64,000 nucleotides of DNA from contig NIVC01000642.1 in the NCBI GenBank assembly GCA_002269645.1, positions 124,001 through 188,000 of the forward strand, given 5' to 3'. Shown here piece after piece: positions 11,701 to 22,559 of this stretch (positions are counted from its first letter, which is position 1; each line of letters opens with the position of its first letter). The notes under the pieces were generated by a model. It had not been told where the DNA came from. It made no database searches and saw only the letters and a program-made list of their open reading frames with translations. The position numbers and the translations under genes were made by a program. This DNA comes from Macrostomum lignano. Its lineage: Eukaryota.

Positions 11701-12739
11701 CGGTGCAGACAGGCCAGAATCACCGGCTCGGTCAGCTGACGCTGGCAGAGGGAGCATTCCGAGTTCGCGCCGCCGATTATCGCGTCTGCACCGTTACCGC
11801 CGCCGCCGCCGCCGCTACCGCAAGCGCTGCTGCCGGCCCGGCCGCCGTCGCCGCTGCCGTTCAAGCCGGAGCCATTGATGTCGTCGTCGGCGTCGCTGCC
11901 GAAAGTTTCGCGCAGAAGGTTCTGGAAAATCAGTGGCAATGGGCCGGTAGGCTCAATATCAATAAATTATTATTCATATTCTTACCGACTCTTCTCAGTG
12001 ATCAGATGAGATAAAAATAATCCGGATCAGGATCCCATGTTATGAATTTTGGATTAATGGTGTCATTTCGGATACTGTCCAATCTGTAACTAGAATTAGA
12101 GGATCGGACAAAGGAAGCAAAACGTTCGGGAGTGGGTACCGTCCCATTTTCACTGGAATTATTCTAGGCCCTTAGGACTAGGAGGCTAAGACAGACAGAC
12201 AGACAATCAAAAAGGCAGGCAGACAGACAGAAACTCAGAGAGGCAGAAAGACAGACAGACAGACAGAAACTCAGAGAGGCAGACAGGCAGACATACCGAC
12301 AGACACTCGGAGAGGCAGACGGACAACTCATGCAGTAAGACCGACAGGTAGATAATCAGAAAGGCAAACAGACAGACAGACAGGTAATCAGAAAGGCAGA
12401 CAGACAGCCACTCAGAGGCAGACAGACACACTAAGACATACTAGCCAAAACGTGACTGCTGATTGGCGAGATGCACATTGGGGATTATACAATACATGGG
12501 CAAAGAAAGCAAGCTAAACTAACCTGGTCGTCTTCTTCCTCCTCGCCGCCATTGCCGCCGAGAAGGCACTCGCCAGCATTCTCTAAAGCATCTCCGGCGG
12601 AGCGCAGGTCGTCCCCTGGGATGCCTAAACCGCTGCCAGAGTCGTTGCCGGAGGCTGAGCCATTATTCATCATCATTAGCAGGGAGACCTCGCGATCTTC
12701 AAGTAGGTCTTCCACAGCATGCGCCATATCGTCGGACAT
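5772..12739 (-). CDS. mei-P26: TRIM-NHL RNA-binding protein, Mei-P26/NHL-2 type (RING, 2 B-boxes, coiled coil, NHL propeller); 7 coding exons, 938 aa
   Basis: Exons (minus): 12739-12524, 11921-11559 ([21 protein letters not shown]), 10782-10558 (B-box1), 10473-10270 (B-box2 [27 protein letters not shown]; absent from the ORF track), 9217-8738 (coiled coil), 7436-6804, 6467-5772. All GT-AG, in frame, 2817 nt in total. NHL motifs [45 protein letters not shown] and [33 protein letters not shown] are those I recognise for Mei-P26/NHL-2 rather than Brat. Confidence 0.9.
6605..6740 (+). mobile_element. Diverged, internally deleted SINE relative
   Basis: cttcgattcc B-box remnant and the same gtgtaca-stem-tgtacac hairpin. 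Confidence 0.6.
7536..8690. repeat. 42-45-bp minisatellite filling mei-P26 intron 5
   Basis: gcggtggccctataaataatcagggggtggctgcgagacaga, about 26 copies. Confidence 0.95.
9405..9600 (-). mobile_element. 5'-truncated SINE copy, inverted
   Basis: The reverse complement matches 11334-11516 closely, apart from a 12-nt insertion and the hairpin loop. Confidence 0.85.
9988..10053 (+). pseudogene. Degenerate 28S rRNA fragment (region containing the R2 target site)
   Basis: aacggcgggagtaactatgac (21 nt) matches the conserved eukaryotic LSU sequence as I recall it, and the match continues imperfectly through ttaag-taacgaaaatgccttgtcgtctaactaatga. There is no other rDNA around it. Confidence 0.75.
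11164..11530 (+). mobile_element. tRNA-headed SINE, same family
   Basis: Colinear with 17886-18243: tagcccagcggtctagcg, ggctcgattcc, shared body, ends cctctaataagaaaaaaaa. Confidence 0.85.
12190..12430. repeat. (GACA)n-type degenerate microsatellite
   Basis: cagacagacag/gaggcagacag runs. Confidence 0.85.
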
Positions 12740-14106
12740 TTTTAAACTACTTGCACTGATTCCCTGACAAGTGCTGTATATAAACAGTTATAACTGTCCA
12801 AATCTTCCTCTTAAATTTAATATACTTCCCGTTGGCACTTTAGAAATTAAAAAACGTAGAAGTGAAGCTACTAAACTGAGCGATTTTATAATTAGCACTG
12901 CACTGGCGTCCTTAGAGATCTAGATGCTGCCAAAATTGAGATGAAAATTGGCAGGCATGAATCAACAAATAGGATTTATGCAACTTCAATAGTCTGATAC
13001 TTTTACAATGCACCACAAAATTACTGCCATGCAGCTACACTGCAAAAGTAGTATATGATTTTGAAATGCTATGAAAAACATTAAGTATAATCTATGTTGC
13101 TTAACACAATGAAGTCTACTTAGAGCTCTGACTTAAAATATAAAAATTATATATAAAATTTACTGATTGAATACAATAACTATATAGTGTAAATATAATA
13201 GCTAATATAAAGACATGTTAAAATTGTGCAAAACCAAACTAACCATGCTAGCAACAATAAAAAATTGTTGTATTTGTATTAAAGCCCTTAAAGGCACAGG
13301 TAAACAGTCAGGAAATTGAGTTGAATGACTGCTTGAGTTATGAGTCAAATATATCTGCCTTGTAATGAATGACTTACTATTGATTAAGTCTATATACCTG
13401 ACTGATAGCAGACTTCAGGCCAAAGACATCTTTCAAACTGTTACTTAGCTGACTATTATTTTGTTTATTACAATATATGACAAATATGATATTACCCATT
13501 GGTTTTGAGTTTAGAAAAACATAGTGATAAGATAATCAGATAATGAACTTATTTTTTAATATAAACAATTGACAACTAATGTTAGAAGCATGAGCATATC
13601 TAAAATAATCCCCACATATCTTCATAAACAGTAATTTTTTGTTTATACTAGCAATCTATTGCCTCCCTTTGAGGCACGCAATAAGCAAGGAGCAAAAATT
13701 ATTGATGCAAATCAATTATAAAGCACATTTTCTTAGGAACAATTCTTTCTTCACTTTTATAAATCACATTATTCAATTAAAATTGTCACAGACAAAGATG
13801 TTTGCTAAGAATCTCTTTTTTTGTAAAAAAAATAACAAAAATACAGCAAAAAGCCTTTATAAAGATAACATGCATTTGTCTCATTGACAGCTGCTCAGAG
13901 CTAGTGAATGCTAAGCTTGGGTAGGCCTGAGTTCTAAGCACAAACAGCAATAAAACAGCAAGAAACATGAATTTTTAAAGGCCTTTTTTCTGCTATTTAT
14001 TAAGACTTTAAACTCAAATTGAGCACTTGGACTTGTGCTATCTGGAAAGAAGCAATAAGAAATTTAATGATTAAATAGTCACAAAAGCTTTATAGACCAT
14101 AGTATA

Positions 14107-14147
14107 CTTTAAGTGAAATTGTCACACAACTGGCAAGAGGCATTACT
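14107..14147 (-). mobile_element. SINE fragment
   Basis: tttaagtgaaattgtcacacaactggcaagaggcattact aligns with part of the 9405-9600 copy (tttaagcgacattgtcacacaaccggcgagaggcattact). Confidence 0.55.
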
Positions 14148-14199
14148 TACTATCCATTCCACAAACTCCACTTGAGCAGAAGGATAGAAATGAGCTTGC

Positions 14200-15215
14200 T
14201 GAGAAGGATAGAAAGGATAGACGAGAGAGGGGATAAGAGGGGAAGAGAGGAGTGAGAAGAGATTAGATAGAGATAAGAGAGTGGTGAAAGAAGAGGGGAG
14301 AAAGGAGAGATGAGAGTAAAGGGAAGAGGAGAGAGGAAAGAGATGAGGTTATAGAGATGAGACAGATGAAAGGAGAGATGAGAGATAAAAGAGGAGAGAG
14401 GAGAGTGCAAAAAGACAAGAGAAGAGAAGAAGGTAGAGAGTATAGAAGAGGGAAGAGAAGAGAAGAGAGGAGCAAGGAAAGAGAGGAGTCAGAAGAGGGG
14501 AAAGAGAAGAGTACAGAGGAGATAAGTGAAAGAACATATAAGAGAGTAAAGATGACAAATGAGAGAGCTGCGAGAGCAGAGATAAGAATGAACAGATGAG
14601 AGACAGGAGAGTAGAGAGAACAGAGGAGAGATAAGAGATCATAGAGACTAGAGGAAAGAGGAGAGACAGGGAGAGAAATGAGTGAGAAGAGAAAAGAAGA
14701 AAGAGGAGAATAGAGGGGAGAGAGTAGAGAAGAGAGATGGGAGGAGAGATAAAAGAGAGAGAAAGAAAGAGCAGAGCAGAGAGAAATGAGAAGAGATAAG
14801 AGAGAAAATATAAAAGAAAAGAAAGGAGAGATGATAGAGCAGACAAGAGAGAAGAGAGGTGAGGGAAGAGACGAGAGATAAGGGGAGAGGAGATTAAACA
14901 AGAAAAGAGATGACAGGAAAGAGGAGAGATAAACCAAGAAAAGAGATGAGGAAAGAGAGAGAGGAGAGTAGAGAGGAGAAGGAAGAGATGAGAGAAAAGG
15001 GGGAGAGAGGAGAGAAAAGAAGAGAGATATAAGATAAGAATAAGAAGATAAGATAAGATAAGAAGATAAGAAGACAATATAAGAAAGATAAGATGGATGA
15101 GGGAAGATATGAGAGAAGAGGGGAGAGAGGAGAGAAGAAAAGAGATAAGAGGAGAAAGAGAAGAAAGAAGAGACAAGGGAGAGAGACGAGAGGAAACAGA
15201 AGAGAAGATACAAGT
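14200..15215. repeat. GA-rich low-complexity tract
   Basis: About 1 kb almost purely purine on the plus strand; source of the Leu/Ser pseudo-ORFs. Confidence 0.9.
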
Positions 15216-16269
15216 TGCAATGGATCCAAGGGACGTAGGGAGAGTCAGAGGCAGAGGCCAGAGTTTGCCAATACATGTTTTAGAGTCAGACAGACATTGC
15301 TTGACATTCTGCATAGCATCCCAGCCAACAATATCAAAAGTTTGCCTGAAATCCTAATTTTATACAAATGTACTCCATTTTATGTTTACTCTATCTTACA
15401 AACTTTTAACAAGTTTTGATTGAGTATGGCCTTAGATTTCAAAGCCTATGCACAAATATTTTAGGGAATTGAAATTCCCCAGGTTAAAAATCCACGGGTT
15501 TCAAAAGCTTATATACTATAAATTTTAGTGTTTTGCACAAGCAAAGCCAAGCCAAAGTTTCAATTTAGCCTACAAATTAACGTGACTAAACTTGGAATCA
15601 AGTCTAGGCTATTGGCATATCAGAGTGTCATACTATACCACTAGACTAAGCCTTCTAAATTAAAGTCAAATGTTCAAAATGCCATATATCCAAATCCAAT
15701 TCAAAATGTGCTTACAAATTGTTAGGCCTAGCAAAGTGTTTTAATCAGTGTTCATATCATATTATTTTTCATATATAATACTAATAATGACAATATCAAT
15801 TTAACATCAGTACACAAAACTAAACATAAACAACTGCAGAATCTTAGCTGTGGGGATTAGCTAAAAATTATCAACACGGATCTGTGTAGGCCTAGATAAA
15901 ATTGGAATTATTAACATGGCCTATAGACTTAAATAGTACAGTGGAAACTATTATAATAAGTGGTTCCAGCCAAAGTCGTCATATTCGAGATTCGTCATCT
16001 GCGGCTTACGAGAAAAACAACTAGATTATCTAAATTGTCATCATCTCAGTATTAGATAATGCTGCATTCACTAAATTGTCATATTATATTGCATTGGCTG
16101 CGCAAGGATCTTAGCTCATGGCAGCAGCGTGTTCTTGTTTGGCAACAAATTAAAATGATTTACAGTGTATAACCTCAGGCTTATTCAAACTACAATACTT
16201 GTATTCTAGAAACTTCTATGAAACATGCACTTTCTATAGGCCTGTGATGTCATTGCACTATAGGTGTCT

Positions 16270-18601
16270 ATCAAAGCTAACCTCGGACTTCATTGTGAGG
16301 ACCTAGGCGCCGGTTGGACACTGGTACACCTCAGTGGATGAGTGAGGCCATGGAGGAGTTGGAGCGCTGATCAGACCGAGGCTGCAGCAGAGCTGTTGCT
16401 GTGTCTCCCTATCTTCTTGGCTGCTTTGGGTCGACGTCCGGCTTTGTGGCCGGAATGCCCACCTGTTCTGCGTGAACGGGCTGCCTGCTACCCACTCCGA
16501 TGAGGCTCAGGCCTTCTTTGAGCAACTCTTGGTACGGGTGGAGGGGATGGCGCAATGTGACACAGTGGTCATTCTTGGAGACCTGAATGCAGTTCTATGT
16601 AGGTCTGAGCAATTGCTGTTTGTGACAACGCGCAAGAATGGCAATACCGGAGCACTAGAGGACTTCCTGGAGAGACAGGACATGGTGTCGGCCAACACTA
16701 GATTCTGCAAGTCACTGGGCAGGCTTGCGACCTTTGTGGGCTGCAAGCAGAGGCAGCGGAATGCGCGCAGCTAGAACACTACGCAGTGGCTGGCACAGCT
16801 TGACCATATGCTTGCACACTTTCGTAAGCGCCGCCGCGTCACCAACTGCCACACCATTATGCCGCTGGCTTTGAGACCTGCTCTACTGTCCGGCAAAACG
16901 GCTACTGCGGCGCTACTACTGCGCACTCAGGGACGCCAAGGCGCGGTATCGCTTTGCCAGTGCCTTTGTCACTGCACTGGGTGACAAGCGTGGAAGAGCC
17001 GAGTATGCGGAGATGAGCGCTGCAGTTCAAGCTGCTGCGGAGCAAGCAGTCCCACTGATGCGACCGGCCCTGCGCAGGCAGCTGGTCTGGCACAACGACC
17101 CCGCAATCAACAAAGTGAGGGAAGATCTGGAGAGGCTCCATCTGAGTGGGCAACAAACTCGCAAGGCGGAGGAGGCTTTGGCAGCTATTTACCTGTAGTG
17201 GCAGCAGTCCACTGTTGATGACGCCATCCAAGCCATCTCTGCCGCAGGGCCTAATGCCAGAGGGCGCGTAGCCTAGTCCATCATCAACATTCTGATGGGG
17301 CAAAAGCGGCACATCACGCTCAACCTGGCAGGCAACACTCTAGATGAGCGCAGAAACAAGCTGCACAAGTTCTTTGCCGCCATTGTCAACGCGCCGCCCC
17401 CATCTGCTTCCAGAAAATCTGAGGCTGCTGCTGGAGATGCTGTTGCTGGCAGAGGAGAGCTTCAATGTTGCCCCAGTCAGCACAGCCAATGTTGTGAAGT
17501 TTGCTCAGCAGGTGCTGGGTGGCAAAGCGCTTGGTCTAGACAAGGTGCCCACCGAGGCGCTGTGGATCCACTGAGGTTGCCAGAATGATGAACCGTGTGC
17601 TTTCTGGTGAGGTGGCGCCAAACGAATGGACCACGGTGCACATCGTCGACATTCCAAAGAAGCCAGGCACCACAAAGCTCAAGGAGCATTAAGGCATCTG
17701 CTTACAGTCCTGCGCAGCGAAGCTGTTTAACCACATGCTGCTATCGCAGTTATAGCCTGTGCTGGACCCATACCTGCAGCCTGAGCAGAATGGATTCCGG
17801 CCCCATCGCAGCACAGTGACTTAGATCTTGGCTTTTTGGCGAGTCATTGAGGGGGCGCGCATCTGCCAGTTGACCCTGATCCTGAGGAGGGCTGTAGCCC
17901 AGCAGTAGCGCAGCTGCTCTAGTGTGCCGCAACCCAGGCTCGATTCCAAGTGCAGCCACATTAATTTGGGGCTGGATTGGAATCTTGGCTTGGCTTGCTT
18001 GTCCAATTAACGGCCTTGAGAGCCAACCCCCCCAAGGTGCAATGAAGTGTACATGCCTAACAATTGATAAAAGTTAGGGCCGCTGTACACTCCTGTGTGT
18101 GTGCCTGCGTAATATATCCACGCGCTTGTATGCCTGCTCATGGGAGTCGGCGGAATGGGCAGTAATGCCTCTCGCCGGTTGTGTGCCAATGATGCTTAAA
18201 TTGTGCCAGGGTGCACACAACCCCCCTGCCTCTAATAAAAAAATGACCCTAATCCTGATCTTCATCGATTTCAAGAAGGCCTTTGACTTGGTCATGAGAG
18301 ACACTCCCAGAGGTGCTCCATGCTTACAACGTGCCAAAGCGATTGATTTCTGCTGTCATGGCGCTATACCACGGCACATTGGCTGCTGTCTCAACAGTGG
18401 ACAGCCTATTGGATTTCTTCAAGACATCCTCTGGGTGCTCCACCTCCAAGGAGATACGCTAGCGCTGTTCCTATTTATTCTGGTGCTTGACTGGGTGCTA
18501 CAGACCGCTCTGCCTTCCAATGACGACGGCTTCCTGCTGCGGCAACGCGTGGGTTGATGCCAACCAGAGAGACGGCTCAGCGGGCTTGGCTATGCCGATG
18601 A
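16270..18601 (+). mobile_element. Decayed non-LTR retrotransposon (APE endonuclease + RT), 3'-truncated, interrupted by a SINE
   Basis: APE motif VVILGDLNA (ORF 16472). RT motifs across frames: IVDIPKKPG, QNGFRPHRS, IFIDFKKAFD, LQGDTLA, LGYADD (ends 18601). Many stops and frameshifts. Confidence 0.88.
17886..18243 (+). mobile_element. tRNA-headed SINE, full-length copy with 15-bp TSD
   Basis: A-box-like TAGCCCAGCAGTAG, B-box-like GGCTCGATTCC and an A-rich tail. Flanked by tgaccctgatcctga (17871-17885) and tgaccctaatcctga (18244-18258). Confidence 0.85.
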
Positions 18602-18821
18602 TGCATATGATGATTTTGAATATAACAATTTTGGCTGCACCCTAATAGGCCCAAGCTGCCATGGGGATAAGCTAGAAATTAAATTATCAAGATTGATCCA
18701 TGTGGATAAAATTGGAATTATTGGTATAGTAGGACTAGGGGAGAAGCACTTCCTTCAAATATTCCTACTTTTAAATTTTCAATGTACTTATTATCATTCT
18801 ATCAAGCTGGGTTCTTCTGCT

Positions 18822-19170
18822 GGCAATGGCTAGAGTTCTGGCACTGGAACCCATTCTTTAAGGGCTATGGATCTGGCAGTGGTAGGCCTACTCTGGTAGT
18901 GCAAGTGCAATTTATGGGTATAATAGGCCTATAGCAGAAACAATGAAACATTTTACTTTTTAGTGGGTGGTTGTGTTGCTGTTGAGATTTTGTTTACTTT
19001 AAGATAGGCCCTAGGCTAAGATTAAAACGAAACGATGAGATTTAAAACAAGATACTTCTAATGTTCAAAGATTTCATTAGTAGATAGGCCTAACTGCCGG
19101 CAGAAGACTGCCAGATCTATAGGCCTAGCCATTAGAAAACGGGTTCCGGTGCTAAAACTCTACTAGCCCT
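18822..19170. mobile_element. Old MITE-like element (inverted ends gctagagttctggcac...ggatctggcag)
   Basis: 18822-18881 and 19108-19170 are imperfect inverted copies. The same ends recur at 51500 and 52376. No TSD is resolved. Confidence 0.5.
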
Positions 19171-20509
19171 TACCAAAATAGCACTAATAAAGAACTGTTT
19201 TAAAATATACTTCTTTAATCTTTGCAATGTAGTTGATCAAAATGGCAAATCAAACATAGCATTAAACAGTGAGATAAGGAGTTCCTACGACATTAAGTAT
19301 AAAGTATAAAGCTACGCATTAAGCACTTATAAGCATTCTAAGGAATTAATTAGCGAATAGTAAAATTTCTCAATACTCGAAAAATACTGATTTGAAAGCA
19401 TAAGTTGGTTACCTGAACATTTTGCAGTAAACAGTTTTAACAAAAGAAAATTTACAACGTATTCTGAACATAAAAATAAAAGCATAGTGAATAAACAAAA
19501 AAGTTAAAACTGACGATAATACAATTAATGCAATTTATTATGAATAACCTCTGCTACTTAATTTTTTTCATTTTTATAAATTGTGAAACAACCTTTAATG
19601 TTACCTAATAGTTCCAATGGCCCCATGAGCATAATTAAATGCATGCATGGTTCGTCGTCCCCTCTGCTTTTGTGATAGGGTAACGTCAGGTACTTGTGTA
19701 TGTCCTTTTGCTCCTAGACTTGTCTCGCATTTTGCCATGATAGACAAAACTGTCACAAAAATTTCCATTCACCATCCCTAGACTCTAAGACACCACTAAC
19801 TACTAGACTAGGCTTAACATTAATTAATATGTAATAATATATGTCGCCAAAATAGCTATCCATTCTTTTTGGTGTCTACATTTGTATTTTTGTTTATTCA
19901 CTCAAATTTTGGATGCTAGGCCTAGGGCCTATTTAAAAATAAATACTAAATAAAAATATTATGTAGCATAGGCCATAGCATCTTTATATGAAGAATAGCA
20001 GCATGTTTAACTCTAGACCAGCACTTATTTTGTTTATTTTACAAAGACATGTTTATGCACTTTTTACTTGATTGGTGGTTCTTTAAAATTAGGCCTAAAA
20101 AGGTCTAATAACAAATAGGCGGTGTATAGGACTAAGACTGTCACATACACATAACACATACCAAGACTGCCATATTACAGAAGGTTTTCTGTGTACGCCG
20201 GACACATTTTTATTGAATTTTCAATTGTACGCTAACAGATTTTAAATGTACACCAACTTAAAAAATGTTAAAAAAATTGAATTTATACCAGCTTTTAAAG
20301 TATTAGAATATTCATTTGCTAACCTAACACTAATAGAAAAATAATCTAATCTAAACCCAAAGTATAAAGTAGTTTAGAAATCTAAAACCAATTTTAGATT
20401 AAATAAAATAGGGCCTATATGCAAAATATACTAGGCCTTAGGCCTTAGGCTAAATTAACATATCAAATAAGTTATATAAAATAACTTAAACAGTATATTA
20501 TTTTGCATG

Positions 20510-21591
20510 TGTAATGGGCCATTAGTTTAGTGTTTGGCATTCCCCTTTGTCAGCAGTCTCCCTTGCCCTCGCCCTGGGTTGCTATCTGCCGCTGGTTAGC
20601 TTCCTACCCCCTTGGCCCATTTGTTGTTGCCCTTGGCTTGTTCTGCCCTTCTAGGTCTCTTTTCTTAGCCTTCAGCTTCTTTGCTGCAGGCTGTCTCTGT
20701 TTCATTCCCATCCCATTTTCCTCTGTCATATGAGCAAGTCACATGATAGATCTTGCATTCTTGGAGTCTTAAAGTGCAGTAAACATGTTTATTGCACTTG
20801 TTGGCCCTGTTTACCAAAAGAATCACGTGCCTTTGGACCCTTTCCCTTCTCTAAGGAGAGGAGTGACTCATGTTGCTAAAAATAGCAACTGAGTCACAGC
20901 CACGTGTACTTTGGCCAGAGACCTCAAATGACGTCAGTTCTAAAAATAGAATAAGTCACAAGATCTTGCGCGCACTGAGACACTGCTCCGAGACCTCAAG
21001 TGATATCAGTTCTAAAAATAGAACAAGTCACGAGGTCTTTTGCATGGGAGAATCCCGGCTATAAATAGGACCCCTCTATTTAGTCACTTGTTTCCATCAA
21101 GGAGTCTTTGCCAGAGTCTTTGCATGCTTCTAAACTTCTAAGATCCTATGTGTGTTATTGACTGAACTAAGTGCCCTTTGCATACATTGAATCTGCTTGT
21201 ACTGGTCTGACTGAGACCTCACTAAAGCCCACCTCAAGCCTACAAAAGGCTAACTCAGCCCTCCCTGAACCAACCAAGCCTGGCAGGTGCTGCTGATGAG
21301 ACGCCTTGTATGTTGAACTGCAAATCTTCACCTGGTGCTGAGTTTGTTGACTTTGTTATTTCATTCCAATGGGAAGCTCACCTCATCAAAGGCTAAGACC
21401 TAAAGTAACTGGTGGCAGCACTACCTATGCTACTAAGAGTTAAGAAGGCTTTTGAGTGAGAAGATAGAGAGCCCAAGTCACTGCGCTGGACAGCAGGAGA
21501 AACCCCGAGACAACCATAAGTATTTCACTGGTGGCAGCAGTGGGATTTGAAGACCTACCAGGCCATCCCATAGACAACCATTAGTACTTCA
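20510..21591 (+). mobile_element. Collapsed LTR retrotransposon: 5' LTR + tRNA-Leu PBS + last about 21 nt of the 3' LTR, 4-bp TSD
   Basis: Starts TGTAAT (20510) and the LTR ends ATTTCA (21527). PBS tggtggcagcagtgggat (21529-46) is complementary to the tRNA-Leu 3' end with one mismatch. The LTR terminus is repeated at 21572-21591. CATG flanks both sides (20506-9, 21592-5). TATA at 21060. Confidence 0.75.
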
Positions 21592-22559
21592 CATGTTATT
21601 CTGTATATTAGACCTATTATTTACAATATTCTGTATAGTATTCCTACATTCTATATATTTTGTGTATTACATATATTCTATAAATTATATATAATTCCAT
21701 TTTCATTTTTCCATATAGAATATACATGTAGTTTTGTACTTTTTGGCCTAACTAACTATAATAAAGTAGTTTCAGAATAATAAAATCTTTAAAGATACAT
21801 ATCTAATTCTGCTTTAATTATATTCTCAAAGCGTTTAACTAACTAGGATATCATACCTATTAAACCATATTTTTCCAACTCATAGATATTAATCAGTTGT
21901 AGCAAATTGATAACAGAAACTATATTCATATAGTGCCCAAGGAGGGCCTTAATCTTATATAATTCTTTAGAATGTCAATCTTATTATAATTTCAGTTTTT
22001 TTATCAAAGCTATTTAAGACTTGTTTATGACCTATCTTTTTATATTGTTATATACATCTATATGTTATTTGACTAGATAGGTTATAGCTCTAGCTATTGC
22101 CTAGTCCAATTGTTTGTTTTGGAGCTTTAGAAAACAAGTACTTTTGGTATTAGGCACAATTGGCTATTTTATTAGATATTGGCTATAATTGCATAGAAGT
22201 GCATACAAACATGCAATTAAGAATATTTCTTAAGTAAATTGAAATAGCATCCAAATTAGCAATATAGGAAAAAAGTTAACTTGCTAGTGTTATATGTGGA
22301 TAAACTTTATAGGATATTGAATAATTTTTTAACAATTCATGACTTACTCATAGCTTATTGTTTGTCATATAAAAGTTATAGTTTTTTGTATCTTTAGAGT
22401 ACAAGCATATTTAGCTGTAATTTTCTATTGTCCATTTCAGATTTGTTTTATTAATATATAGCTTGAAAAAAAGAAGTTAGCAACTAACCCTGACATTACT
22501 CTGCTTTGTTAAAGTGCACTTCCTATGTGCTAGATTGTTGGAGAAATCTACTTCACAGG

